From: Paragordius varius
Lineage: Eukaryota > Animalia > Nematomorpha
Length of the DNA stretch: 64,000 nt
Assembly (NCBI GenBank): GCA_964247055.1
Contig: OZ176052.1
Span: forward strand, 10,602,001-10,666,000
Direction of reading: 5' to 3'
Shown: positions 27,811-40,712 of the stretch, one piece after another
Position numbering within the stretch: position 1 is the stretch's first letter
Layout of the letters: each line of letters begins with the position of its first letter
Translations under genes and position numbers: made by a program
The notes under the pieces: model-generated
The model's database searches: none
What the model was told of the DNA's origin: nothing
Seen by the model: only the letters and a program-made list of their open reading frames with translations

Positions 27811-28986
27811 TTTTAAATTATTTTATACTTAGATCAAATGCTATTAATTAATTAATTAATATAATTTTGTAATTATGATATTATTAGCCAAAACAATGAA
27901 ATCCATCATTTATATTTACGTATATAACAGAATGACCACATACTTGTTGTGACATTTTTATTCTAAAGTTTAAACAAAAAAAAGTTGTTTTTGTTTCAAA
28001 TTTACGAAAAAAAATATTTTAAGGTCATATGAATTTATATGGGAATAACTAAACATAATATGCATATCGTGATCCGGATACCAGTCAAACCTCTTCTTGT
28101 GGACACCATATTTGTCAGTTGACCATTTGTTACCTTCAATTTTAAAAAATAGCAATCACTTTTTGTGTCATATCAATTATAAAAATATATTAGGCTTAAA
28201 CTGATAACGATTTAATACTATAATTAATTTTTGAAAGATTTTTTTATCAAAATGTAACCGTTTATTGTCTTACCAAAAAATATATTTTTATACACACGAC
28301 ACCTAAAAAATGGTGGGTTGATATTGTTTAAAAATTAAACAACCAACACACTATTCCGGTCATATATCTGTTTAATTTAACAGTGTCTCTAATTTAGGGT
28401 CAAGATTTAATTAAAAAAACTCAACTGATTTGCCAATCCGAAAAAATCAGAGGTAACATCGCACTTATGGTCAATGAGCCCAATATCTGTTAGCGAGAGA
28501 CTGTCTTTGAAATTTTGTTGTAAATATTTTTCAAATAAAAATTTTCAAATAGATATCACAAATTTTTGTATAAAGTGAAGCGTGTAAATACAATATACAG
28601 ATAAAATATAATTTAAAGCACTTTATAAAATTTTATGGGGCTCAATTTAAAAAAAAAACGCTTAGATTTTAATGGCTTTTTACAATTAGGTATTATGTGA
28701 TTAACTCGTCCCTAAAGAAATAGAACATGGGCATTATTTTTAGATTATAAAACTATATAATAATGATGAATCTTACCTTTACATTTAAAGTATATTTGGT
28801 ATTTTTCCACAAATTTTACTCAAAATGCATTTACTTTATTGCTCCATTTTAGATATCAATGAGTGAAATACATTTTTTACAAAAAGGCGTCAGTGAAATC
28901 AAGCAGTCTGATACATTAGTTTAATCCTCATTTAAAAAGTCCCATAAATAATTAATTTTGATTTATTTTGTTTTTTACATTTAAAC

Positions 28987-29200
28987 CAGTGATACTCACC
29001 AAAAAAATTTAAGGCGCAAAAAATATTATCTTGTCTCAAAACCCTGCCATATAATACGGATATTTCAGCTGTTTGAAACATTTACAGTTTTTATACTTAA
29101 AATATGCAAATCATAAATAGTAATATATATTCAGGCAGGGCCATAAAAAAGCACCTTTATAGCCGCATGTGGCCCGTGGGCGGCGGTTTGAATACCACTG
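28987..29200 (-). mobile_element. hAT MITE (214 bp), deletion derivative of the element at 57404-59847
   Basis: Left end cagtgatactcaccaaaaaaattt matches the reverse complement of the 59847 end. Right end gccgcatgtggcccgtgggcggcggtttgaataccactg matches the reverse complement of the 57404 end. TSD degenerate. Confidence 0.75.
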
Positions 29201-30464
29201 TTTTAGGCCTTTCATTTTTATAAATAACAGCTGTTATGGAAACAAAACTATATAATTTGTGAACCCACTTAATATCCGCCTCTCTATTTAAACAAAAATA
29301 ATATCAAAAATAATGCGTAGACTTTGTAAATAGATAGATTTATATGTTAAATGTATAATGTTGGATTAAAAGCATTTGACAGGATTCATGCGGGCCCAAT
29401 AAAATACAATAATAGAAAATATTTTATTCCAATAAATGCCCTAAAAGTACACCACATCGTAACATCATATATATATATATATAACTTGTGCAAATCACCA
29501 ATCTTGTCTGAATGCTTTGATATGGAATAATTTAATTGTACGATGGCAATATGTAAAATGACACTTTATAATTATTAGTAATTTGCCTCATTTATCATTG
29601 TTGGTTATAAATTAATATTCGACTAAGTCACCGCGAAGCGTGAAAGGATTAAATCTTATAAATTTTTTTTAACATATAGAAATCGAAGCTGATGGGCCGA
29701 ATGCATAAATCATGCACAAAACTTGGTTTAAATAATGTCAAACACCTATTTGATAAAATACTTTTAAAAACACTTATGTCTTTCTTTAATTATGTTAAGA
29801 TTAAATACTTAAATTACTATAAATATTTTAGATCATATTCTTGGCGTGAGCCTGCATAATGATGCCATTGGAACAGGCTATTCAAAACCTGATTTGACGA
29901 GAACAGCTTACCATTAGTTATGAGGCTGTGCTAGACAATAATTGAGAATAGCTTGTTGCTTGTTTTTAGTTTTAGTATCTTTTGGCTGAAGTTGTTGTGA
30001 CTAAATCCGCAGAAATCAATAAATTATCCATTAATCAAATCCGAGATACAGGTGAATAGGTCGCACGAAGGGAGAAGGCTGTTCCTGCTACTCCTGGCTA
30101 TTAAAGTTAAATAAGTTATGGATAGTTATGCTTCAAAAAGCCCATATTTTCCAACACTAAACCGTTTACTTGACATCAATTTAGTGTAAACTTTAACTAT
30201 TGTATGAACAAAATACATATATAAACTAATATATTAATTTTAGTTATGACCTAAATGGCATATTTCCTGGAGTTCTGACAAGAAATAGTAGAAGTATTAG
30301 GGAAATAGGATTTCATTTTGATTCCACTAAAATAATACTAATGCTATTCATAAATATTTATGATTATGAATTAAATAACATATAAAGTAACATTTGACTA
30401 TCAAAAAGTTTATTATTTATTCGCCGTATACTCCAATATAAAAAAATAACCTTGAAATATTTTG

Positions 30465-31700
30465 AAAAGAAAATATATCAGTATCATGGTGCTTGAATTT
30501 CTTTAAGTTTGATTTAAGATATTTTGTGGTAAGTGCTTCCAACAGAAAATGTCAAAGTTTGCGCCCATTTTTTCAAATATATTTTTTGGCCAAAGCAAAT
30601 GGTTTCATAAAATACCACTAAAATATATAATAAACTACATTTAAAAAGCAAAATATTTTCAGAATTATTTAATTTTTGATGTGGGCTCCGAAATTCTCAA
30701 ATTTTTTCGCTCGTCTAAAATAGGCTAGTGATTTTAAATAAATGCAAAAATGCCGGATTGCGAGATAGAATATTTAGATATATGCTAAATTTTCAAATCA
30801 AAAAAATATTCTTTAAAAAATGCAACTTTTTTCAAAAATTTGATTTTTAGCTGAAGCGTATTTTATACTTTTTGAGGCATGATGGAAGCGGTATAAAAAC
30901 ACACTAAGATAATATAAAAACACTTTTTCTATAAATTTTAATGATGCCAAACATTTCTATCTCCTAAGAATTTCGATAGTATTTGTTCGCCTCAAATTTA
31001 TGTTAGATATAAATTGAGATTTTTACAAAAATTCACCAAAATTATAAAGCAAACCTACCTGTAAATTAAAATGTTGAGGTGATAAAAATGTTCAGCATCT
31101 TCGTGAGCGTTTTTATACCGTTCCCATCATGCTTCGAAATAGTAGGAAACACGCTTCAACAAAATTTTGCGAAAAATTAAATTTTTGAAAAAATATATGC
31201 ATTTTTTTAATATATTTTAAGTTGATATCAAAATTTAGCAATTATTTATAATTTTTATCGCTCACCGGCAGTTTTGCATTTCTTTTAAGAGGGACAGCTC
31301 CTTTTAGAAGAGCAAAAAATTTGGGATTTTCGATGCCCACATCTAAAATTAAATTTTTTTGAAAATATATATTTTTCGGACTGATGTCCCTAGCTTTCAC
31401 CAAAAAGATTTTTTAAGAAATGTGCGCAAATTTTGCCATTTTCATGGAAGACTTACCACATAAGGAGAAAAAACCATCACTCGTAAGGACCAAAACCAAA
31501 AGTACCACAATTAATACATATTACAAAAAATATCTATCAGGTTATTTTTATACCCCCGATTTTGGACGCAGTGTATGAAGCACTTACCACAAAAGTGTAA
31601 ATAACATTCTAAAATCACCCGTAACGAAAAATAAAATACCATAATTCCAATACATTTTCCTATCAGAATTTATATATACATATCATCAGGTATTTTTTTG
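30465..31700. mobile_element. Foldback element immediately upstream of SLC35E1
   Basis: Forward arm 30465-30900 (gtggtaagtgcttcc...gaggcatgatggaagcggtata) and inverted arm 31100-31700 (tataccgttcccatcatgcttcg...gacttaccac). The terminal part is duplicated and contains ccccgattttggacgcagt, as at 2622. Confidence 0.75.
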
Positions 31701-31814
31701 CATATGCAGTGATGAGGTAAAATTTAACCTGGAAAGGTATTTTTGTCATGCCGTCATTACACATGAATTACATGTGTCTTCGGGTCAATTCTTGATTACT
31801 TATTTTTAGAACAA

Positions 31815-33717
31815 ATGAAAGGACAAGTTCAGGCAAATGGGCTTACAATCTGTATTGTATGTTTCTTTTGGTACAATTTCAGTATTTCTGCCAATATAGT
31901 TGTAAAAAAACTCATGAATGATTTTCCATACCCTGTTACCATCACTATTGTTCAATTGTTCGCAACCTTAATATATCTGAAACCATATTTTAAAGTTTTT
32001 AACATACCTTATACCACAAATAAATTGTTAATATCCAAGAGAACTTTTATCCTAAGTATATGTCCACTAGCTTTAGGCAAGTTCATATCCACTGCATGTG
32101 CACACATGAGTATATCAAAAGTTTCTATTTCATACGCACACACAAGTAAATTTACTTTTGTTAATTTTACAGTAAAAGCGACGATGCCGTTGTTCACAAT
32201 TATATTGGGTCGAATATTCATGAATGAAAAACAAAACCTACAAGTTAGTATTTTAATGTTATTATTAGATATATGCTTCGCTTGTTCCAATAATACTCGG
32301 TGTCATATTAGCATCAATGACTGAAATGTCATTTGATGCATTTGGCCTTTATTTTGCCTTAATGTCAACTTTGGTGTTTGCTACAATGAACATATTTTCA
32401 AAAAAGGTTTATATATATTTATACGTAAAAAATTGCTTCTTATATCGCATCTTTAGTAAAGTTTTTTTTATATATCGACTTAGTTATTAAACGAAAAACG
32501 AATTCATCATTTATCCTTATTGTATATGTTGAGTTCTGTCGCCGTTATCCTGTTCATACCGGTTTGGATTTATACCGATTATCCTGGCCTCAAAAACGAT
32601 TGGCCAAGAATGTATGTAAATTTAACAATATTTAATTAGTTTTGCATAATTTTTGGATTTCATTTAATTAAATCTATTTTGTTAATTTAAAGCCATAGAA
32701 TGTTTTAAAGAATAGGTTTTTTTAGTATTATTACTTGACCTTTTTATATAATTATATACAGTTGTATTATCAAATTTCGTGTCTTATATCTAGAGAGTTG
32801 TCATATTGTTACGATGTTAATCTTATCTTATATAACCGAATTTACGTCTGAGCTATTTACATCTATGCAATTTTTCCTATTATTAAATATATTTTATATA
32901 GCATAAGTGATCGCGAAAAAATGCACACCATATTACTGTATCTTTTGCTCAATTCCATATTTAATTTTGGACAAAATATGCTGGCATTTACATTGTTGAG
33001 CATGATAGCTCCATTGAGTTACAGTATAGCCAATGTCACTAAACGGATTTGGGTTATTAGCCTATCCCTTTTTTTCATGGGGAATCAAACATCTGTCCTT
33101 AATGTACTTGGTATGGCTATGGCTATTTTCGGGATTTTCCTTTATCATCGAGTAATTTTTTATAATTTTTTTACCCAATATTTGCGTTTAAATATGTATT
33201 AATTTAATACTTTTGTATAATCAAGGCAAAATATTTGAGCCGGCTATCAGAAAAGAGTGGTTCATCCAAAAATTATGCTAATGGTAGCATATTACCTATG
33301 CATTACGAAGCTGGTCCTTATCAAGCCAATTTTGAAAACAGTGCTTATAACAATCTTTACAATAGCACCAATGGTTATAATAATGGGAATGTTAAATCTC
33401 ATAAACAGCATCCACCAAGTCACAATATACTCTTTGATAATTATCAAACCGTACCAGCATCCTATAATTTTGGTTTTAATGGGACACATTTGGCGGATAA
33501 CAACAGTATGAATTATGATTCATCATTTACGACACAAAATGTTCAAAACAATAGTTTTGAATACCCGATGGGATCAACCGAATTGCGGCGATTAACTCAT
33601 AACTCAGCAATGGGTGCAAGCGAAATAAACGATAAAAATTATCCCTCGAACGCTTTTAATAATGACCAAATGCAATTAACATCAGTCCTTAGTCAGGGAT
33701 ACTTAACGGAAATTTAA
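31815..33717 (+). CDS. SLC35E1: Solute carrier family 35 member E1-like (TPT family), ~469 aa
   Basis: Exons 31815-32145, 32173-32243, 32269-32406, 32484-32611, 32902-33151, 33226-33717 (1410 nt, phases consistent). Motifs WY..SI..N...K, FPYPVT, SYAHT|[56 protein letters not shown]. Confidence 0.92.
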
Positions 33718-34727
33718 TCATCATTGTCTTTACTTAATAATATAATTAATACTATTTTTTTCGAATAATATTGTTAATAATTGTTGGTTGGCCAAAAGAA
33801 AAAAGAATGAAAATGCTGCCAAGAGCAGATCTCAAATATTGCGCAAGATTGTATATATAGATGTTTATTGCAATCATATCAATATTTATTACGAAATTTT
33901 TATATATTTTATTTTAACATTTTAATTGGACGAATGGTTGTGAGTAAGTCAATTTTATTATATTATAATACCACTTTTATGCAAATTGATGGTTGCACAA
34001 AGGGCAATAAATATATTTTAACTAGTTTTAATGGTAAAAAATAATTCAAGAATAAATTGACAAAGCTTACCGCTTATACACCATGTGAAAAAATTGGTGA
34101 TTAGAGTTCTCGATCAGAAAAATATAAATAATCCAATTAATCATAAATTAATTTCTGACCCGCTTAAAAAATTACATATTTTTGGTTTTAATATAAAATC
34201 TTATTGTTGGAAAACATAAAATTCCATTTAAATTTAATAATAAAATAACTATGAATTTTTACCAAGGCGCAATCGGCTCAGTTTTATTTATCTCCTGTAT
34301 TAAGCCGCTACCCCGTAAAATGACCAAAATAAATATTTGAATTTTTTGCTATTCGATAATTTTAGTCAAGCGCATTAAATTATAGTAAAAATTGAAATTA
34401 TAGAGACAAAGCGTAATAATATACAAAGACAAACTTTTTTTAATAGACAACCAAATTTTTTAAAACCTTGATTTTTCCTGTATAAATTATTAAATTAGAA
34501 CAGTAAAATACGTTAATGATTGTTCTACTTGCAGTTTAAAAGATTCAGTTATAATAAAAAATGGAGCTTTAAAAAGTACAGCGGGAAAAAAATATTTGTC
34601 CTTATGTTTACATTCGTGTAATTTCAAATTTTACAGTATTTCCTAGGCAGGGGCCCACTTTATATAAATTAGGCCACCACTTAAAAATAATGTAGTTTTA
34701 TAGCAACTTTTCAGAAATATTATAAAC

Positions 34728-35590
34728 CAGGGCTTGGAACTAATTCAAAAAAAGTGGAACCGGAACCGGGTCGGTTTCTGAGCAAGAAGAACCGGAACCC
34801 CGTTGGTTCTTTAATAATTTAGCGGGTGCGGAACCGGTTTTTTACATTTAGAACCGGTTCCTTTTCCGGTTCCTGACTTTTGATTAGATGATTTTCTTAC
34901 AAAATTATTATAATCATATTCCACCCAAAATATTAATTATATAAATTGCCAAATGTATAGTAAAAGAAATATAGTGTAGCATAATAAATGAAAAAAATTA
35001 TAAAAATATAATAGGAAAATGTATGAGAACAAAGTATTATGAGTGTTAAACTAAGTATGGCATCTAAAAATTCTTTACTTAACTTTAAAATTATTGCACC
35101 AAGCAATACGCCGGTTAAACTGCTTCTCTGGTCTTTCTATATAAAATTAAGGGTGCAAAAACTCCTTTCAACAGGGACCTATATAAACGAACATATGTAT
35201 TATAAATAAACTTTAATGACCATTGGTTTTGTTTGAACCGAATCATCCAAAATTGAGAGAATATCGCTAATATAATATTAGGCGCTTAGTTTTAGGTTTA
35301 AAATTTGAAGTTTTTAATATGTAGTGGTACGATCAAATAATAATATAATAAAATTTTTAAAATAAAAATCATATGGGAACCAGTAATTAAGGGGATGGAA
35401 CCGGAACCGAATTGGTTCCTGAACGGTTGGAACCAGAACCGGGTTGGTTCCTAAAAATTTATAGATAGAACCGGGTTGGTTCCTGAAATTTGGAAAGCGG
35501 AACCGCGTTGGTTCCATCCCAATGGAACCGGTTTTTGTTAAAAACCCAGGAATTGGGTTCGGTTCCATGCGGTTCCGGTTCTAAGACCTG
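34728..35590. mobile_element. hAT non-autonomous element (863 bp) with subterminal GAACCGG arrays
   Basis: TIRs cagggcttggaac / gttctaagacctg; perfect 8-bp TSD TTATAAAC at 34720-34727 and 35591-35598; many gaacc/ggttc repeats near both ends. Remnants of the same family lie near 24400-24512, 27594-27675, 45240-45480 and 61255-61340. Confidence 0.9.
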
Positions 35591-36749
35591 TTATAAACCA
35601 TTAAAATTCAATGATATTTTCAGGAATTATCCGTATAAAGGCAAAAATTTAGACAAGCACTGTATAAGCCGTTGGGTAGGGCCCCACCCTGTGTTTAGTA
35701 CACTATCATAAAAAATTCAGCCTCAACTAGAGATGGATATCCATTCCAGGTATCTAGATGCTTTGATAAACGGTATTCCTGTTCCACTAGAAACAATCGT
35801 AGATCTCGCACTAGCACATGAGTCTGCTAAGGCTGGATTACAGAATAACAATAATAGTAATAACAATAGCAATCGATACAGTAGCAATAATAATATCAAT
35901 CGGTTACAACATAACAATTCCAATCGACAAACAATAATAAAACCTTCTACCACATGTAAATATTGGGGCACCACACACCCACCCAACAAGTGTCCAGCCT
36001 GGAGGCGATCCTGCAACAAATGCGGAAAGCTAAACCATTTTGCGTGAATGTGTGTGGCCAAAAGACAAAGACCCAACTTCAATAGGCAATTGTCGAAGGA
36101 AGTTAACGTGGGTCATAAGGCGCTAACTCCCTTACTGATAACACTAGTAATAAACGGGTTAAAAAAAGATTTTATATATGATACCGGTTCGGACAATAGT
36201 GTAATAAACTTTTCCACATGGGAGCAAATCGGTAAACCCAAGCTGCGTCCGACACCACCAGTAAAATCGTACAACAATACCACAGTGCCAATGATGGGGA
36301 CAGCAAGTGTCAAGGTCCAGGTAAATGGTAAACAAATGGCCGGGGACATATGTGTCCTATGCAAAACGATGGGGATGGCCCCGCTAATCTGTGGACTGGA
36401 CTGGATGGCGAAATTCCAGATTGAGATGCCACAGGTTAAAGTTAATTATCTTAAACTGAATGAGATTTGTGAAAATTTTAAAAATTTATTCGAAAATAAG
36501 TTAGGGTGTTATAAGGACCCTGTAAAAATTCGCATTGCAGGGAATGCGATCCCGAAAATATGGCCATGTCGCAGGGTGCCTTTTCCATTAAGAGAAAAGG
36601 TGGAGAAAGAGCTGACGAGGCTAGAAAAGTTAGGCATTTTTAATGTGACCAGATATTTTTAACTTGAACGCAGTACAAAATTAAAACATACTTTGCCTTA
36701 TTTTAAACCATCGGTGTGGAATATTCCACAGTTAAAAATATCCTGATGA

Positions 36750-36750
<1 letters not shown>

Positions 36751-36811
<61 letters not shown>

Positions 36812-36824
36812 TATATATATATAT
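36751..36824. repeat. (TA)n microsatellite with a duplicated 30-nt (TA)n-AAAT unit
   Basis: Read directly. Other (TA)n tracts lie at ~2594-2622, 2711-2730, 48656-48681 and 53804-53831. Confidence 0.9.
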
Positions 36825-37478
36825 TCTGATAGGAAAATATCAGGATTATCATGGTGCTTTTGGTTTGAACCTTTACGAGTTATTAAAAAAAGTTATTTAC
36901 AGTAAGTGCTCCGTATAAAATTGCAAAAGGGGCGCAATTTTTCAAATATATTTTTTGGTGAATGCTAAATGTATAATTTCAAAAAATAACCTAAAATATA
37001 ACATAAACTCCATATAAAAAGCAAAACAATGTTTTAATTTTAAATTTTTAGATGTGGCTCTAAAAGTCCCAATTTTTTTGGCTCTTTTAAAATGAACCGT
37101 TCTCTTAAAATAAACGTAAATTCCCTTTCATACTATTTTGAGCATGATGGAAACGATATAAACGGTTGAGATGTTATAACATTTTATATATATAATTCGA
37201 TAATGCTAATTTCTCACACGGATTTTGATTGAAATATTTGTTCGTTTAAATTATGTTAAATAAAAATTGTTTTTTTCACAAAAATGCACCAAAACTTGCA
37301 AGCAAACATTAAACTATGAATGTTCAACATCATCGAATTATTTGGAAAAAGAATTTTATTCTATCTCAAAGCGTTATACAGTTTCCATCATGCTTCAAAT
37401 CAGTTTTAAGTACGCTTCAACAAAATATCTCAGTTTTATTTATGCAAAAAAATAAGATAACTAATAAAAATTAATGTT

Positions 37479-37679
37479 CAGAGGCGTGATGGTATAGTAG
37501 GTAGGGCGCCGGACTCTTGCACTGCATGACATAGTTTGAACCTCGAAACTACGCAATTTTTCCATCATCACTGTCAGCCCTGGGCAGGCGAGTGTTAAAG
37601 CCTTCACAAGTCCGGATACAATTTAAGTCCTTGCCCTTTAATTAAAAAGGAAAAAAGAGACTCTAAACTGTATAAAAAA
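37479..37679 (+). mobile_element. tRNA-derived SINE (~200 bp)
   Basis: A-box-like TGGTATAGTAGG and B-box-like GTTTGAACC; A-rich tail; 16-bp TSD AATAAAAATTAATGTT at 37463-37478 and 37680-37695. The second copy of the host element has the empty site (~57090-57125). Confidence 0.8.
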
Positions 37680-39725
37680 AATAAAAATTAATGTTTAGGA
37701 AAAAAATTAAGAAATATCATACCTACAACCTAATGAGTATGGATATCGTAAAAACTCTATTTTTTACGGAAAAAGGTTATTTCGAAATCATCTGCCATAT
37801 ATAGTAAATTTTAAATTTTTCTATATAATTTTCCGTTTAATGATTGTAACAAAAAATAAACTTTCTAACTGTCAAACATTTATAAAAATATCATAAATTA
37901 GATTTTTAATTTTAAACGAAGCCCTAAGTGAAAGAACCATTAGCCTGAATCTTACGGTGTAGACTCCGAGATTTATAGTTTCGCCACTGCGCGAAAGGTC
38001 GTAATCCTATGTTTTATGTATATTTCGAGCAGATTAGTTTTGTACCTCAAAATGCATTTCTTTACCAGTTATGAGGTTATTTTTACAGAGGGTACTATAT
38101 TAAATTCTAAAATATTTTTTTTTGAATAAATAAAAGGTAAATAATGTATATTTAAATTAATTTTTTTATTTCAAAAAGCAGTACAAAAGTGGGCGCAGTA
38201 CAGGCGCAGTTTTTTTCAGAAAACCCAGTACAGTACTGCGAAAAACAGCCTATCTGGTCACTATAGGCATTTTAGAACCGGTTGATCCTAACACCACACC
38301 TGTGACATGGGCCACGCCTACGGTTAATGTACTTAAACCGAATGGCAAATTAAGAATATGTAGTGATTTTCGGGTAACGATTAATAAGTGGTTGCAAGAA
38401 GACTCCCACATAATTCCCACGTTTGATGAGTTGGTGTCGAAAATAGGTGAAGGTATCCCATTCACGAAAATTGATTTAAAAGATGCTTACCTCCAGATGC
38501 CAGTGGCAGAGGAGTGTCAAGAATTGTTAACTATCTCAACACATAAGGGTTTTTTAGATACAAACGCATGCCGTTTGGACTGGCCACGGCACCTATCATC
38601 TTCCAAAGAGTGATGGAACAAGTGCTGGCTGAAAGTCCGGGAACTTGCGTATATTTAGATGCCGTCCTAGTGACTGGTAGGACGGAAAATGAGCACATTA
38701 ACAATTTAAATAACGTATTAAGTCGTCTCGATAAGGCCGGATTTAAATTAAGACAAGATAAAATAATGATAGGCGCAGAATCAGTAAACTATTTAGGGTT
38801 TGAAATATTGAAAAAGGGTATAAGCCCCTGTGAAAGCAAAATCAAAGCAATTCAGGAAATAAAAAGGCCGGTAGATAAAAAGTCGTTACGTAGTTTTTTA
38901 GGTTTTTTGACATTTCATGAACGCTTTATACCAAAATTACAAATGATAGTCGGTCCCTTACATGAATTAACTAGTAAAAATACGAGATGGTGTTGGACCG
39001 AGAAACATGAGAAAAGCTGGTTAGCAGCTAAGAATTTGTTAAGCGAAAAAGTGTTTTTAACACCATATAATTCGAATAGGAAATTGATAATAAAAACTGA
39101 TGCGTCAGATTTAGGATTCGGATGTATTCTAAGTCATGAAGTTAATAGTGAAAGGTTACCGATAGCGTATGCCTCACAAAAGTGTAGCAACGCTGAAAGG
39201 AATTATTCCACTATAGAGAAGGAATTAAAAGCAATATTGTTTGCGTTAAGAAAGTTTCATAGTTTCATATATGGTAGAAAATTTATAATATTAACTGACC
39301 ATTTACCTTTAGTAAAGTTAATAAATAGAGATCGAAATTTAAAAGAGATACATACTTTTAGGAAAAATGGTTGGTTTTTCCAGTATACGGGCAAAAATTT
39401 TAGCCAATCACTTTTTTATAAACTCATTAATAGGGCTTCATTCCTATAATAAATAAACCGCCATACAAAAAGTATCACTGAAGCGCTCTATTGGAAAACC
39501 TAAATGAACGTTAAAAATCGATTTTCGTCAATTTTAAGAGTATATTATTTCAAAGTTTTTGTTTGAATAATTCCCGCTTCTTAATAGATTAAAATCCATT
39601 TAGCCTTCAAACATCGGTCTATGTAATATTTATAAACAGTTTTTTATTGTGTTAATTGGAGAAAAAAATTATATTATCAATCTAATGATCGTGTCGATTA
39701 AACAGCGACACGTGATGGGGTACAG

Positions 39726-40094
39726 CAGTGGTTCCCAAAAGGGGTAGGGAGGGGTTGACAACATTTGGAGAAGGACCTTAAATTTATGTTAATAAACAAT
39801 AGGTTCACTATTATTTGATAATTACTTTATTTAATATTATTTGATTTAAAATTCGAATTCTAAAGTTACAATATTGTAGAGTAATCATTATTTTGTTAAA
39901 TTAACACATATTGTATCAAATTATTTTTATTTAACTGGCTACTAAAATATTAAAAAAAAATTAAAGTGTTGAAAAGCTAATAACACAAATTTTTATAATA
40001 AATTTTGCCTTTTTATCCTTTTTTTTCAAAGGAGAAGTGGACAGAATTTTTTTAAATTGGTGGGGCGTGAGCAAAAAAAGGTTGAGAATCACGG
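39726..40094. mobile_element. hAT (Charlie-like) MITE, 369 bp
   Basis: Termini cagtggttcccaaaagggg ... aaggttgagaatcacgg; perfect 8-bp TSD GGGTACAG at 39718-39725 and 40095-40102. Same family as 10888 and 50597. Confidence 0.85.
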
Positions 40095-40712
40095 GGGTAC
40101 AGATTATATTTTTAAAACATTATTAAATGACCAATTTAAACAATGTAAAGACCGCTATAAATTTTGAAAAAATTAATTAAATTTTCGCTAAAGGCATCGT
40201 CTGGAGCAAAAAAGAAAAATATTATATAACATGAATTAAATTTTAAGAATAAAGTATGATTGAGATTAATAATATAAGAATATTATAAAAAAAACCATCA
40301 AACAAACAATCACAAGAAAGAAAGGTAATATATTTTTGTTAAGTGAATCTCCTTAATTAATAAATTTTATTTTTACCTTTTTTAAGGCGATCTCTATATC
40401 ATTAACATTAAAAACTTTGGTTGTTATCCACTGACTTAAACAAATTTGAACGTTTAACAGCGTTTTATGGCTAAATTACAACATAGTTATACTTGTGGTA
40501 ATGATAACCACTTATGACCAAGATGATTGCATTTAAAACAGGGCACGCGGTCATAAATTTTTTGACCAATCAAAACTAACCTAATTATGCACGATATAAA
40601 TTTGAAACCGTTTAAAAGACAATGATACATGAATATAAAATAATTTAAAAAAGTCAGGAAACTTTTTAAGGTTGTGTAATTTATTAAAATATATATTGGT
40701 TAACATCAATTC

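Larger units (their letters stand above)
36641..38265 (+). mobile_element. Non-autonomous hAT (Blackjack-like termini), copy 1, inserted in Gypsy pol
   Basis: Termini TAATGTGACCAGATA ... TATCTGGTCACTATA; 8-bp TSD GGCATTTT at 36633-36640 and 38266-38273. Removing it restores pol ...EKLGILEPVDP.... Subterminal cgcagtac repeats; the interior carries foldback-arm sequence. Confidence 0.9.
35700..39360 (+). mobile_element. Inactive Ty3/Gypsy (Mag-like) gag-pol remnant, split by a 1.6-kb insertion
   Basis: Double zinc knuckle CKYWGTTH...CPA...CNKCGKLNHFA*MC with an in-frame TGA at 36045-36047. Protease DTGS; RT WATP..V.KPNGKLRICSDF, KIDLKDAYLQ, MPFGL, YLDA (catalytic YxDD mutated) with a frameshift near 38550. 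RNase H TDAS, ERNYSTIEKE, TDHLPL. No integrase or LTRs found. Confidence 0.92.

Noticed and set aside
27970-28155. ORF upstream of the laccase as a possible 5' coding exon
   Set aside because: A better first exon encoding a signal peptide (27810-27759) joins in phase, and this ORF has no recognisable similarity.
35314-35568. ORF rich in EP/TNP/RF repeats
   Set aside because: It is a translation of the GAACCGG subterminal repeats of the hAT element, not a gene.
34740-35580. CRISPR-like array of short repeats
   Set aside because: Eukaryotic context, irregular 5-7 nt motifs without unique spacers, and bounded by TIRs and a TSD.
37479-37560. tRNA gene
   Set aside because: No complete cloverleaf or acceptor stem. 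The TSD, A-tail and empty site indicate a SINE.
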